64,000 nucleotides of DNA from the NCBI GenBank assembly GCA_963796635.1, contig CAWCMH010000001.1, positions 2,788,209 through 2,852,208 on the forward strand, given 5' to 3'. Every line of letters begins with the position of its first letter. Position 1 is the stretch's first letter. Source of the stretch: an uncultured Gemmatimonadales bacterium. GTDB lineage: Bacteria > Gemmatimonadota > Gemmatimonadetes > Gemmatimonadales > GWC2-71-9. The notes below the pieces were generated by a model. The model saw only the letters and a list, made by a program, of their open reading frames with translations, did no database searches and was not told the origin of the DNA. Position numbers and translations under genes: made by a program. Positions 27,070 through 39,228 of the stretch are shown in pieces.

Positions 27070-28280
27070 TCCTTGCCGGCGATCAGGGTGTGCCGTACCG
27101 GCGTGCCGCCCAGCGTATAGGGAAGATCGCGCCAGTCACGGCTGTCGAGCACGAGCAGATCGGCCCGCTGGCCGGCGGCGATCCGGCCCCGGTCGCGCAA
27201 ACCCAAAGCGGCTGCGGCGTTGACGGTCGCGGCGGTCAGGGCTTCCGGGGGCGTGAGATGATCGAGTCGCACCGCTAGCGCCATGGCCAGTTGGGTGGAG
27301 AAGACCGGCGATGACCCCGGATTGAGATCGCTGCCCACCGCGACGATGGCACCGCAATCGATCAAGTCGCGCGCCGGAGCCGGTGTAACGCCCAGATGGA
27401 GTGCGACGCCGGGCAGCACGACCGCGATGGTATCGCTCGCGGCGAGCACGTCGACCTGGCGTGTCGTGGACGCTTCGAGATGATCGACCGACAGCGCGCC
27501 GCACGCCACGGCAAGTTCGACCCCGCCCAAGGCGTGAAACTGGTCGGCGTGCGCCTTGACGGCGAGGCCGTGGTTGCGCGCGGCGGCAAAGATGCGTCGC
27601 GCTTCGTCGACGGTGAACGCCTCGCGCTCGATGAACACGTCGACGGCGGCAGCGAGCCGGCGTCGTGCGACGGTCGGCACGAGGTCGTTGCAGATGCGCG
27701 TGACGTATGCGGCGCGGGTGTCGTCGGCCGGCGGCACATGCAGCAGCAGCGTCGCGACGATCTGCACGTCGGTGCGCTGGGCCAGCAATCCGATCGCCTC
27801 GAGTGACCGGACTTCGGCGTCGAGACTCTGGCCGTAGCCGCTCTTGACTTCGACGGTCGCGGCCCCGCTCCGGCGCAGCGCCGTCACGCGCGGGAGCGCG
27901 AGCGCGGCGAGTGCGTCCGCGTCGACGCATTGCGTCGCTGCGATGGTGTGCCGGATGCCGCCGCCGCGGGCGAGCATGGTTTCGTATCCGACGCCACTGC
28001 TGCGGGCCTCGAAATCATCCAGCCGGTCGCCGGCCCAGACGGCATGCGTGTGCGGATCGACGAGCGCCGGAACGACGGCGCAGCCGCCGGCGTCGACCTC
28101 GTGCGCGGCCGTGTCGCGCCATGCACGTCGCGGCCCGTGCCACGCAATCCGGCCGTCGGCAATGGCGATGGCGGCATCGTCGACGATGTCGAGTGCGCGC
28201 ATGGCAGCGCCGCGACACGGCCCATTGCCCGACGGCGAGACGGTATGTCCGATGTTGGTGAGCAGCGTGTCGGCCGGCAT
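27060..28280 (-). CDS. hutI: Imidazolonepropionase
   Basis: Amidohydrolase metal motifs VDPHTHAVWAGDR and KAHADQ. Overlaps hutH by 10 nt. TACTTT lies 7 nt before the ATG. Confidence 0.9.
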   Translation of the reverse strand: MPADTLLTNIGHTVSPSGNGPCRGAAMRALDIVDDAAIAIADGRIAWHGPRRAWRDTAAHEVDAGGCAVVPALVDPHTHAVWAGDRLDDFEARSSGVGYETMLARGGGIRHTIAATQCVDADALAALALPRVTALRRSGAATVEVKSGYGQSLDAEVRSLEAIGLLAQRTDVQIVATLLLHVPPADDTRAAYVTRICNDLVPTVARRRLAAAVDVFIEREAFTVDEARRIFAAARNHGLAVKAHADQFHALGGVELAVACGALSVDHLEASTTRQVDVLAASDTIAVVLPGVALHLGVTPAPARDLIDCGAIVAVGSDLNPGSSPVFSTQLAMALAVRLDHLTPPEALTAATVNAAAALGLRDRGRIAAGQRADLLVLDSRDWRDLPYTLGGTPVRHTLIAGKECA

Positions 28281-28448
28281 GGGGTGGAAAGTAGGCGGGG
28301 GTTGTCGACGCCGGGCGCACCGCCCCGTCGCGGGATTGGCTGTACGTCCGCGGACCGGAGTTCTCGGGCCAGTTTCGCCGACGACCAGGACGTCCGGTTC
28401 GACGCGGCGGATCGAGTTACGTTACGACGCATTCTCGAGGATCGGACG

Positions 28449-29387
28449 ATGCGACGATCAATCTGGGCGGTGCTGCTCCTGCTCTTCGCCCGTGCCCACG
28501 CCGGCGCGGCGCAGAGCTTTCAGGCGCTGGTCCAGCGAGCCAACGTTGCCGACTCGACGGGCGACCATGTCGCGGCCTTCCGCTTGTACGAGCAACTCTA
28601 CGCCATGTCCGGATTCGATCCGACCGGATTGGCGCTCGCGGCGATGCAGGCGGCGCGCGCCGGGCTCCGCGACGACGCGTTTCGCGACCTCCGTCGTGCG
28701 ATCGACGGCGGCATGCTGCAGCCCAGGCTGCTCGACGACAGCGCCTTCATTCCGCTGCGGCATGATCCGCGCTGGCCCGCCGTGGTCGCGGGAATGCAGC
28801 AGCGCATCGGCCGGCTGGACCAGCCGCTGCGCCAGGAACTGCTTGCGCTGGCGGACAGCGATCAACGCAATCGGCAGGGATTCGGCGACGTGATGGTCAA
28901 GTACGGTCGGAACTCTCCCGAGGGTGATTCAGCCGTGCGGGCACTGGGCGCCGCGGATGCCCCGGTGCAGGCGCGCCTTCGCGCGATCATTGCGCAGCAT
29001 GGCTGGCCCACACGGACCCTCGTGGCCGACGACGGTGCGCACGCCGCATGGCTGGTCGTCCAGCACATGCCCCTGGCGTATCAGCGCGTCACGCTTCCCA
29101 GGCTGCTCGTCGCGGTTGCGCACGACGAAGCGCGTGCCGGCGACGGGGCGCTGTTGCAGGACCGCGTGCTGGTCGGCTCGAAGCAGCCGCAGGTGTACGG
29201 CACGCAGCTCGCCAACGCTCCGCACGGCGGAGTGCCGGTCCTGGATCCCATCGCCAACGAATCGTGCGTGGACGTGCGGCGCAAGCGCGTGGGTCTCGAG
29301 CCGCTCTCGGCGTATTTGAGCGACTTTGGCGTGACCTACACGAAGCCGCAGCGGAGTGACGCCGAATGCGGCAAGGCGGCACGCTAG
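28449..29387 (+). CDS. Secreted protein, unknown function (helical-repeat N-terminus, DUF6624-like C-terminus; tentative)
   Basis: Signal peptide MRRSIWAVLLLLFARAHAGAAQ. GAGGA lies 8 nt upstream. The ORF-track start at 27930 lies antisense inside hutI. Confidence 0.55.
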   Translation: MRRSIWAVLLLLFARAHAGAAQSFQALVQRANVADSTGDHVAAFRLYEQLYAMSGFDPTGLALAAMQAARAGLRDDAFRDLRRAIDGGMLQPRLLDDSAFIPLRHDPRWPAVVAGMQQRIGRLDQPLRQELLALADSDQRNRQGFGDVMVKYGRNSPEGDSAVRALGAADAPVQARLRAIIAQHGWPTRTLVADDGAHAAWLVVQHMPLAYQRVTLPRLLVAVAHDEARAGDGALLQDRVLVGSKQPQVYGTQLANAPHGGVPVLDPIANESCVDVRRKRVGLEPLSAYLSDFGVTYTKPQRSDAECGKAAR

Positions 29388-29424
29388 GCGCTCACTCGCC
29401 GGGCAAGGGCGGCGCACCCGCGGT

Positions 29425-30396
29425 TCAGCGCGCGGTCAGCATCCCAATCCAGAACCGCCCGTCGTGATCCGTCCATAGCTGATCGATGCCGAACCCTGCG
29501 TCGGTCGCCAGCCGGTGGAGGTGCGGTTCGTCGTACTTGTGGGATGACTCGGTCCAGATCGTCTCGCCGCGCTTGAACCCGATCGTCTGCCCTGCGATGT
29601 GGACGTCCTGGTCGGTCGTGCTGACCAGGTGCATCTCGATGCGTCGTTCGGCGGCGTTGAACGTGGCGCGGTGGCGAAAGCGCGACAGGTCGAAGTCGGC
29701 GCCCAGCTCGCGATTCAGCCGCGCCAGCAGGTTGAGGTTGAATTCGGCCGTGACGCCGGCGGCGTCGTCGTAGGCGGCCTCGAGCACCGAGGCCGCTTTC
29801 ACGCGATCGGCGCCGAGGATCAGGGCGCCGTCGTCACCGACGGTGTGACGGATCCGCCGCAGAAACGCCACCGCGGCGTCGGGCTCGAAATTGCCGATGG
29901 TCGAACCGGGGAAGAACGCGACGCGGCGGCCCGCGCGCGGCAATTCGGGCAACGCGATCGGCATGGTGTAGTCGGCTTCCAGCGGCAGGATTGCGACATC
30001 CGGATAGGCGTCACGCAAGTCGGCGGTGACGGCCGCAAGCTGTTCGCCGGAAATGTCGATGGGGACATACGCGACCGGTGCATCAAGCGCGTCGAGCAGC
30101 AGCCGGATCTTGACGCCCGCCCCGCTGCCGTACTCGATCAAGGCGCAGCGCGGACCCAGGTGCGCCGCAATCTCGCCGGCGCGACGCTGCAGGATCTCGA
30201 GTTCGGCGCGGGTGAGGTAATACTCCGGGAGCGCGCAGATCTGTTCGAAGAGTGCGGCGCCGCGCGCATCGTAGAAGAGCTTCGGCGGCAGCTTCCGCAC
30301 CGGCGCGAGCAATCCGCGCAGCACTTCCGCCGAGTCGATGGTGCTGGTTTCGCCCGGACCGTGCGGAGGACGGCGCGGCGGCGACGACGACGTCAG
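29425..30396 (-). CDS. egtD: L-histidine N-alpha-methyltransferase (ergothioneine biosynthesis)
   Basis: LPPKLFYDARGAALFEQICALPEYYLTRAELEIL aligns with the mycobacterial EgtD N-terminus. SAM-MTase core IEYGSGAG. The start is uncertain: there is no in-frame ATG, only CTG 30396 (overlapping the egtB stop) or GTG 30324. Confidence 0.85.
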   Translation of the reverse strand: MTSSSPPRRPPHGPGETSTIDSAEVLRGLLAPVRKLPPKLFYDARGAALFEQICALPEYYLTRAELEILQRRAGEIAAHLGPRCALIEYGSGAGVKIRLLLDALDAPVAYVPIDISGEQLAAVTADLRDAYPDVAILPLEADYTMPIALPELPRAGRRVAFFPGSTIGNFEPDAAVAFLRRIRHTVGDDGALILGADRVKAASVLEAAYDDAAGVTAEFNLNLLARLNRELGADFDLSRFRHRATFNAAERRIEMHLVSTTDQDVHIAGQTIGFKRGETIWTESSHKYDEPHLHRLATDAGFGIDQLWTDHDGRFWIGMLTAR

Positions 30397-31673
30397 CTGC
30401 GCTCCGCGAGACGGATGCCGGTAAACTGCCAGCGCGCGTCGGAGGGGAAGAAGTTGCGGTAGGTCGCGCGCGCGTGGGACTTCGGCGTGGCGCAGGACGC
30501 GCCGCGCAGCACCCACTGGTCGGCCATCCACTTGCCGTTGTATTCGCCAATGGCACCCTTGGCCGGCCGGTATCCGGGATAGGCGGTGTACGCGCTCTGC
30601 GTCCACTGCCACACGTCGCCGTACAACTGATGCATCCCGTCGCCCGATGGAGCGGGCGCCGGATGAAAGCGGCCGGATTCGACGAAGGTCCCTTGCACCG
30701 GTTCGCCGCGCGCCGCGACTTCCCATTCGGCCTCGGCGGGGAGGGAATACCCCGCCCACCGCGCATACGCATCGGCTTCGTAATAGCTGACATGGCACAC
30801 GGGCGCGGCCGGGTCGAGCTGGCGCATGCCGGCGAGCGTGAATTCGCTCCAGGTTCCCTCGCCGCGCTCCCAGTACAGCGGCGCCGTCCATCGACGCTCG
30901 CGCACGGCCGCGAGACCGGCGGACAGCCACAGGTCGGCGCGCTGATAGCCATCGTCCTCGATGAACGCGAGGTATTCGCCGTTGGTGACCAGGCGATTCG
31001 CCAGCCGGAACGGATTGATCAGCACGCGATGCGAGGGCGACTCGTTGTCATACGCAAACCCCTCGCCCTCGAAGCCGATGCGATGAATGCCTTCATCGAC
31101 GTCGCGCCAGTCGAGTGGATCGACGGCACGCGACGGAAGCTCCGGCCGGGCGCGGTACACGGGATGCAACGGGTTCATCCAGAGCACATGCTTGATGTCG
31201 GTGAGCAGCAATTCCTGATGCTGCTGCTCGTGGTGCAGGCCGAGGATGATGAGGGTGTATGCGGGATGATCGGGGTCGTCGCCGATGCGATCGATCAATC
31301 GACGCATCGCGTCGTCGACGTGATGCCGGTATGCGAACACCTCGGCGACGGTGGGCCGCGTGACCAGTCCGCGCTGTGCGCGGCAATGCCGTTCGCCCGC
31401 CTGCACGTAATACGAATTGAACAGGTACGCGTACTGCGGATGGGGCGACCGGTACCCGGGCGCATGCTCGGCGAGGATGAAGGTCTCGTAGAACCAGCTG
31501 GTGTGTGCCAGGTGCCACTTGGTGGGACTCACATCCGGCATCGACGACACCACCATGTCCTCGACCTCGAGCGGCTCGCAGAGCGCTTCCGTCTGGGCGC
31601 GAACACTGGCGTAGCGGCCGGCGAGCGTCATGCCGGTGCGCGACGTCGTTGCGTTGTCGAAGCCTGGATCCAT
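30393..31673 (-). CDS. egtB: Hercynine sulfoxide synthase (DinB_2 + FGE-sulfatase domains)
   Basis: 426 aa. SPTKWHLAHTSWFYETF (DinB-type His site) and a C-terminal FGE-like region. A perfect TATAAT (31684-31679) lies 5 nt before the ATG. Confidence 0.88.
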   Translation of the reverse strand: MDPGFDNATTSRTGMTLAGRYASVRAQTEALCEPLEVEDMVVSSMPDVSPTKWHLAHTSWFYETFILAEHAPGYRSPHPQYAYLFNSYYVQAGERHCRAQRGLVTRPTVAEVFAYRHHVDDAMRRLIDRIGDDPDHPAYTLIILGLHHEQQHQELLLTDIKHVLWMNPLHPVYRARPELPSRAVDPLDWRDVDEGIHRIGFEGEGFAYDNESPSHRVLINPFRLANRLVTNGEYLAFIEDDGYQRADLWLSAGLAAVRERRWTAPLYWERGEGTWSEFTLAGMRQLDPAAPVCHVSYYEADAYARWAGYSLPAEAEWEVAARGEPVQGTFVESGRFHPAPAPSGDGMHQLYGDVWQWTQSAYTAYPGYRPAKGAIGEYNGKWMADQWVLRGASCATPKSHARATYRNFFPSDARWQFTGIRLAERS

Positions 31674-31770
31674 GGCAAATTATAGGGACGATGCGGGCGA
31701 GGAGCCAGCGCACATTCGGGTTTCGTGCGCGCGTGCTCGTCGCTGAAGCGACGAGGCGGCGTGCGCCCCT

Positions 31771-33426
31771 TCAGCGACGAGGCGCGATCCCAATCGACGG
31801 CATGTCCACCCCGCGCTCCCGCGCCACCGCAATCGCCTTGTCGTAGCCCGCGTCGGCGTGACGCACCACGCCCAGGGCTGGGTCGTTGACCAGGCACAAT
31901 GCCAGGCGCCGATCCGCGTCATCCGATCCGTCGGCGACGGCGACCAGCCCGGCGTGCTGCGAGTATCCCATCCCGACGCCGCCACCGTGATGAAACGACG
32001 TCCACGCCGCCCCGCTCGCAATGCCGGTGGCAAAGTTGAGCAGCGGCCAGTCGCTCACGGCATCCGACGTGTCCTTCATGGCTTCGGTCTCGCGATAGGG
32101 TGACGCGACCGAGCCCGCATCGAGATGATCGCGCCCGATGACAATCGGCGCCTTGAGCGTGCCGTCGCGCACCATGCGGTTGAACATCAGTCCGGCCTGG
32201 TCACGCTGGCCGAGGCCCAGCCAGCAGATGCGTGCCGGCAAGCCCTGGAAGGCAATGCGTTCGCCGGCCCAGCCCAACCACTGCTGCAGGCGCGCGTCGT
32301 CGGGAAAGAGTTCGAGCATCGCGCGATCGGTGGCGGCGATGTCGGCAGCATCGCCGGACAGCGCCACCCAGCGGAACGGGCCGCGGCCTTCGCAGAACGA
32401 ATCGCGAATGAACGCCGGCACGAATCCCGGGTAGTCGAACGCGTTCGCGAGTCCGCCGAGCTGCGCCTGCGCGCGCAGGTTGTTGCCGTAGTCGAACGCC
32501 ACGGCGCCGCGGCGCTGCAACTCCAGGATTGCCTCGACGTGCCGGACCATCGCCGCGCGGGCGCGCGCGAGATATTCGTCGGGCTGCTTCGCACGCAGCT
32601 CGTTGATGTCCTCGTCGGCCCTGGCGGGTGGGATGTAACCCCACATCGGGTCGTGCGCGGAGGTCTGGTCGGTGACGAGCTGCGGCGTGAAGTTCCGGGC
32701 GACCATTTGCGGCAGCACGTCAGCGGCGTTGCCGAGCAGGCCGATCGACAGCGCCCGCTTCTCCTTCGCCGCGCGCGTGGCACGCGCGATGGCGTCGTCG
32801 AGCGACGTCGCCACCTCATCGAGATAGCGCGTGTCGAGCCGGCGCTGGATGCGCGATGCATCGATTTCTATACATAGGCTGACGCCACCGGCAAGCGAGA
32901 CCGCCAGCGGTTGCGCACCGCCCATCCCGCCCAACCCGGCGGTGACGGTGATCGTCCCGGCGAGCGAGCCGCCGAAGTGCTTGTCGGCTGCGGCGGCAAA
33001 CGTCTCGTACGTCCCCTGCAGGATGCCCTGTGTGCCGATGTAGATCCATGACCCGGCGGTCATCTGGCCGTACATCATGAGGCCGAGCTTGTCGAGCCGA
33101 TCAAATTCTTCCCAGGTCGCCCAGTTGGGCACCAGGTTCGAATTGGCGATCATCACCCTGGGCGCCATGTCGTGCGTGCGGAACACCGCCACCGGCTTGC
33201 CGCTCTGGATCAGCAGCGTCTCGTCGTTCTCCAGCCGGTCGAGGGTCGCAATGATCGCGTGATATGCGTCCCAGTTGCGCGCCGCCTTGCCGCGCCCGCC
33301 GTATACGATGAGTTCCTCCGGCTTTTCGGCGACCGCCGGATCGAGGTTGTTCATCAGCATCCGCTTGGCGGCTTCCTGGATCCAGCCCTTGGCGGTGCGG
33401 GAGGTGGAATGAGAGGCGTGCGGCAT
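31771..33426 (-). CDS. hutU: Urocanate hydratase
   Basis: [43 protein letters not shown] and full-length urocanase similarity. I prefer ATG 33426 (TATTTT 5 nt upstream) over the ORF-track start at 33456. Confidence 0.92.
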   Translation of the reverse strand: MPHASHSTSRTAKGWIQEAAKRMLMNNLDPAVAEKPEELIVYGGRGKAARNWDAYHAIIATLDRLENDETLLIQSGKPVAVFRTHDMAPRVMIANSNLVPNWATWEEFDRLDKLGLMMYGQMTAGSWIYIGTQGILQGTYETFAAAADKHFGGSLAGTITVTAGLGGMGGAQPLAVSLAGGVSLCIEIDASRIQRRLDTRYLDEVATSLDDAIARATRAAKEKRALSIGLLGNAADVLPQMVARNFTPQLVTDQTSAHDPMWGYIPPARADEDINELRAKQPDEYLARARAAMVRHVEAILELQRRGAVAFDYGNNLRAQAQLGGLANAFDYPGFVPAFIRDSFCEGRGPFRWVALSGDAADIAATDRAMLELFPDDARLQQWLGWAGERIAFQGLPARICWLGLGQRDQAGLMFNRMVRDGTLKAPIVIGRDHLDAGSVASPYRETEAMKDTSDAVSDWPLLNFATGIASGAAWTSFHHGGGVGMGYSQHAGLVAVADGSDDADRRLALCLVNDPALGVVRHADAGYDKAIAVARERGVDMPSIGIAPRR

Positions 33427-33452
33427 GATGGAAAATAGCGAATAGACGTGAG

Positions 33453-33473
33453 ACATTAGACGTTAGACGTTTT
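33453..33473. repeat. Short heptamer array (ACRTTAG)x3
   Basis: acattag acgttag acgtttt. Same GTTAG family as 1683-1768 and 7724-7753. Confidence 0.5.
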
Positions 33474-33611
33474 CACTTCAACCCTGTCATGCTGAGCTGA
33501 GCCGCGCCCACGGCGCACGCCAGCCATCCCTGTCGTCCTCATCGCTCACAGCTCATCGCGTATCACGATGCCCCCCCTTCCGCGCTTTGCGATTGTGCGG
33601 AGATTCCCCGC

Positions 33612-36294
33612 ATGCCATCGCTCCCTCTCAGTGTCGTACTCGAACAGGAGTACGCCGCCATCAGCGGCAAGCGCCCGCCGGCGGCGCCACTGGCGCCTTC
33701 GCCTACCGAATCCGTCGATGACATCCGGCTTGCGAATGCGATCGCCGCGCTGCATGGCGAGCATCTGAGCGCGCTCTGTCTGTCGGGCGGCGGCATTCGC
33801 AGTGCCACCGTTGGTCTTGGCGTGATCGAATCACTGGCTCGCAACGGCCTGCTGCAACGATTCGATTACCTGTCGACCGTCTCCGGCGGCGGCTATATCG
33901 GCGGCTGGCTGAGCGCCTGGATCGCGCGCCGCTCGTTCGCCGGGGTGCGCGCGCAACTGCGGCGCGGTGCCACGTCGCCGCGCGACCCGGAACCCACTCC
34001 GATCCGTCATCTTCGCCGCTTCACCAGTTATCTCGCACCGCGCGTGGGGGCGCTGTCGGTCGACACGTGGACTGTTGCCGCGACATTCATCCGCAACCTG
34101 CTGCTCAACTGGCTGGCGTTCATTCCGCCGCTGGCGGCGGCACTGTCGCTGCCGTTGCTGTTGCTCGCCGTGATCGCCTGGCACCCGCTCGGCCCCTGGA
34201 TCGATGTGCAATACGGTGTCGCGATCGGGCTCGCCGCATCCTCGGTCGTCGCGGCGATTGGTGCGGTGCGGTACGTCCACGCCAATCGCCCCCGGCAGCG
34301 CGGTCCCACCGAAGGTACCGGCACGTGGGATCCCCGCCGAAGTCAGCGCGACTTCCTGCGCCAATGTCTCGGTCCCTTGATATACGCCGCCGTCGCGGCA
34401 TCGATCTGCTGGGCGTGGGCGACGGCATATGCCACCCCTATCAGCAGCCTGCTCTTCGGCGCGGATGCGTGGAAAACGCTCGGCGTGATCGGCGCGGCGA
34501 CGCACCTGGCGGGCTGGTGGCTCGGCATGCGATCGATTCGCCGCGCCGGCGGTGCCGTGGCATATCCGTCCCGTGCACATCGCCGGAGCACTGCTGAGCG
34601 GCTTCGTGCTGGGGCTGTTTGCCGGAGAACTGGCTCGTCTCGCGCCACCGTGGTGGGCGTTGACGATCGCCGAACGCAACAGCTACGTCTGGCTGGCCGT
34701 GCCGGCGTTGCTCGCGCTCGTTGTCGTGATCAGTCACGTCTACGTCGGGCTGACCAGCGCCTGGCAATCCGACGCCGAGCGCGAGTGGTCGGCGCGATTC
34801 ACGGGATGGATGCTCATCGCGGCGACCGTCTGGTTCCTCGCGACGGGCGTGGTGTTGATGGGTCCGGTCCTGCTCGCGATGGTTGCGCGAATCTCCGCGA
34901 GCGTCCGCAGCGGGGCGGTGCCCGCGCTGTTGTCGATTGTTGCGGTGCTGTGCGGCATCATGGCCGCCGTGGTCGCGCGGAGCCCCGGGACGCCGGCTGC
35001 GAGACGACGCCGCGGGACATCGTTCGTGGTGCGCGGCGGCCTGGGGCTGGCGGTCGTGTTCTTCCTGTGGCTGACGGTCGCGCTGTCGATGGTCGACACA
35101 CGGATCATCAACGTGGCGCGTAGTCTGGCCGGCGTCAGCGACGACAGCGCAACCGCCGGTGTTGCCATGGCGATCGCCGCCATGTTGCTGCTGTTCAGCG
35201 TGGGGCTGCTGCTCGCGCGCGCCATCGACAGCAACAAGTTCTCGTTGCACGCGATGTATCGCATGCGCCTGATCGCCGCGTATCTCGGTGCATCGCGCGA
35301 GGCCGGTGCGCGTGCGGCCAACCGGTTCACCGGATTCGATGACGACGACAACGTCCACCTGCGCGACTTGTGGCCGCAGCCGGCGCGTCGGGGCGGGAAC
35401 CGGCGACCGTTTCATGTCCTCAATGCCACCGTCAACCTTGTCGGCAGCGACAATCTCGCGTGGCAGGAGCGCAAGGCCGCGCCGTTCACCTTTTCGCCAT
35501 TGCACTGTGGCAGTCCCGCCCTCGGCTATCGACCGGTGCAATCCGATCCGCGCGATCCGACATCGCCGGGATACGGCGGCGAGCTCGGTGTTTCGCTGGG
35601 AACAGCAATGGCGATTTCCGGCGCTGCGGCCAGTCCCGACATGGGCTACCACTCGTCGCCCATCCTGTCGCTGCTGCTGACGTTCTTCAACGTCCGGCTG
35701 GGCTGGTGGCTCGGCAATCCAGGTGATGCCGGCGAGCGTACATGGCAACGATCGAGTCCACGCTCGTCGTTGAGGCCGATCATCGACGAAGCATTGGGAC
35801 TCACCAATGAACACAATCCGTACGTCCACCTGACCGACGGCGGCCATTTCGACAACCTCGGCCTGTATGCGATGGTGCAGCGCCGCTGTCACCGGATCGT
35901 CGTCGTCGATGCGTCGAGCGATGGCGGCGCGCGGTTCGGCGATCTGGCCCAGGCGATCCGCAAGGTCCGGATCGATCTGGGCGTGGAAATCGACATCGAT
36001 CTGTCGGCCATTCGGTCGGGTGACACCAACTGCGCGATCGGCACGATCGACTACGCCGCCGTGGATGGCGATGCTCGGCGGGGAACGTTGATCTATCTCA
36101 AGCCCGAATTGACGACGGCAGATCCGGTGGACGTCGCGTCGTATGCCGCCACGCATCCCGGGTTTCCGCACGACAGCACGGTGGACCAGTGGTTTACCGA
36201 ATCGGAGTTCGAGAGTTACCGGGAGATGGGCGTGCGGCTCGGCGCAGCGGTGGCACCCGACCGAAGCAGAGGCGAACGGCGGGAAGTTTGCTGA
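33612..36294 (+). pseudogene. Large patatin-like phospholipase with a central multi-TM insertion; frame broken near 34545-34552
   Basis: The N-terminal frame carries LSGGGIRS (oxyanion hole) and STVSGGGY (nucleophile Ser). The second frame (ORF 34552-36294) carries HLTDGGHFDNLG (catalytic Asp). At least 8 hydrophobic helices lie between them. The frames differ by 1 nt within GCCGGCGGTGCC. Confidence 0.7.
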
Positions 36295-36353
36295 GTCCTC
36301 CTGCGGTGCGCACCGCGAGCGGCGAAACCGCGCGACTATACACACGAGGATCG

Positions 36354-36725
36354 ATGCGACGATCGACCCAGTTGCTGGGAGGATTCTTCCTGCTGGCCGG
36401 AATTGCACATTTTCTGCGGCCGGCTGCCTACGCGGGCATCGTTCCGCCGCAACTTCCCGATCCGCGGCTGCTGGTGATCGTCAGCGGGCTGGCTGAAATC
36501 GCCGGTGGCCTGGGCGTCTGGTGGCCGGCGACCCGGCGCGCGGCCGGCGTCGGCCTGATCGTGCTCCTCATTGCGGTGTTTCCGGCGAACATCACCATGC
36601 TGCTGCAGGGGATTGCTGCGCATCGACCAACGTGGTGGCTGGCGTTGCTCTGCCTCAGGCTGCCATTGCAACCGTTGATGATCTGGTGGGTGTGGCGGGC
36701 GGCGGTGCGACGAATTCAGGTGTAA
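36354..36725 (+). CDS. DoxX-like small membrane protein
   Basis: 123 aa with 4 TM segments. LLAGIAHFLRPAAYAGIVPPQLP...GLAEIAGGLG. GAGGA lies upstream of ATG 36354. Confidence 0.65.
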   Translation: MRRSTQLLGGFFLLAGIAHFLRPAAYAGIVPPQLPDPRLLVIVSGLAEIAGGLGVWWPATRRAAGVGLIVLLIAVFPANITMLLQGIAAHRPTWWLALLCLRLPLQPLMIWWVWRAAVRRIQV

Positions 36726-36857
36726 TCGTGACCCACAGAGCGATCACGAGCTCGAGATTGAACAGCGAGAACGGGATGCCGACGCCCGAGAAGGCGGTGC
36801 CAAGCGAGGAGAAGGCGCGGTAGGGTGCGAGTGCATCAGGCGGTCGTGTGGGCGTCG

Positions 36858-37241
36858 TCAAGTGTAGTTCGACAACGCCATCGCGAGCTCAATGACGAAC
36901 AGGGCAAACAGCCCGCTCACGACCCCGACGATCGTGCCGAGCGACGAGAAGGTGCGGATGCGCGGCTGCGAAATGTCGGTCAATGCGTACGCGACGCGCG
37001 CACAGCAACGCTGCGCGTCGTGCCACGGAATGCCGGAGATCGAATCCCGCGTGACGACGACGGAATCGAGCTGTTCCCGACGATCGTGGACGTTGAACTC
37101 GACCATCGTCTTGGGCTCCACGCGTGGACGGGCCGCGACGTCGATCGGCTGGGTGTGGGTGCAGCCGACAAGGAACATCGTGGCACACGATCCGGCCATG
37201 AAGATCCGGTGCCGGCGACTGAATCCGTTCCGCTCGACCAT
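36858..37241 (-). CDS. Small lipoprotein with C-terminal TM helix, unknown function
   Basis: Lipobox MFLVGC and C-terminal helix GTIVGVVSGLFALFVIELAMAL. TACCTT lies 6 nt before the ATG. Confidence 0.5.
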   Translation of the reverse strand: MVERNGFSRRHRIFMAGSCATMFLVGCTHTQPIDVAARPRVEPKTMVEFNVHDRREQLDSVVVTRDSISGIPWHDAQRCCARVAYALTDISQPRIRTFSSLGTIVGVVSGLFALFVIELAMALSNYT

Positions 37242-37285
37242 GGACGAAAGGTATCCGCGCGACCGATCACGTCGCCAGCGCGAGG

Positions 37286-39172
<1,887 letters not shown>

Positions 39173-39228
39173 CGCGAATCGACTCCAGTGTGGTTGGCAC
39201 TCGGCGGCCGGTGCTCCAAGTTAGGTAG

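Noticed and set aside
29425-30930. 501-aa ORF-track entry
   Set aside because: The 5' part overlaps egtB out of frame and is nonsense-like. The EgtD similarity begins around 30396.
33612-36294. Patatin gene as a CBASS-type or other defence effector
   Set aside because: No cyclase, STING/SAVED, sensor or other defence-associated gene is adjacent. The neighbours are hutU and a DoxX-like protein.
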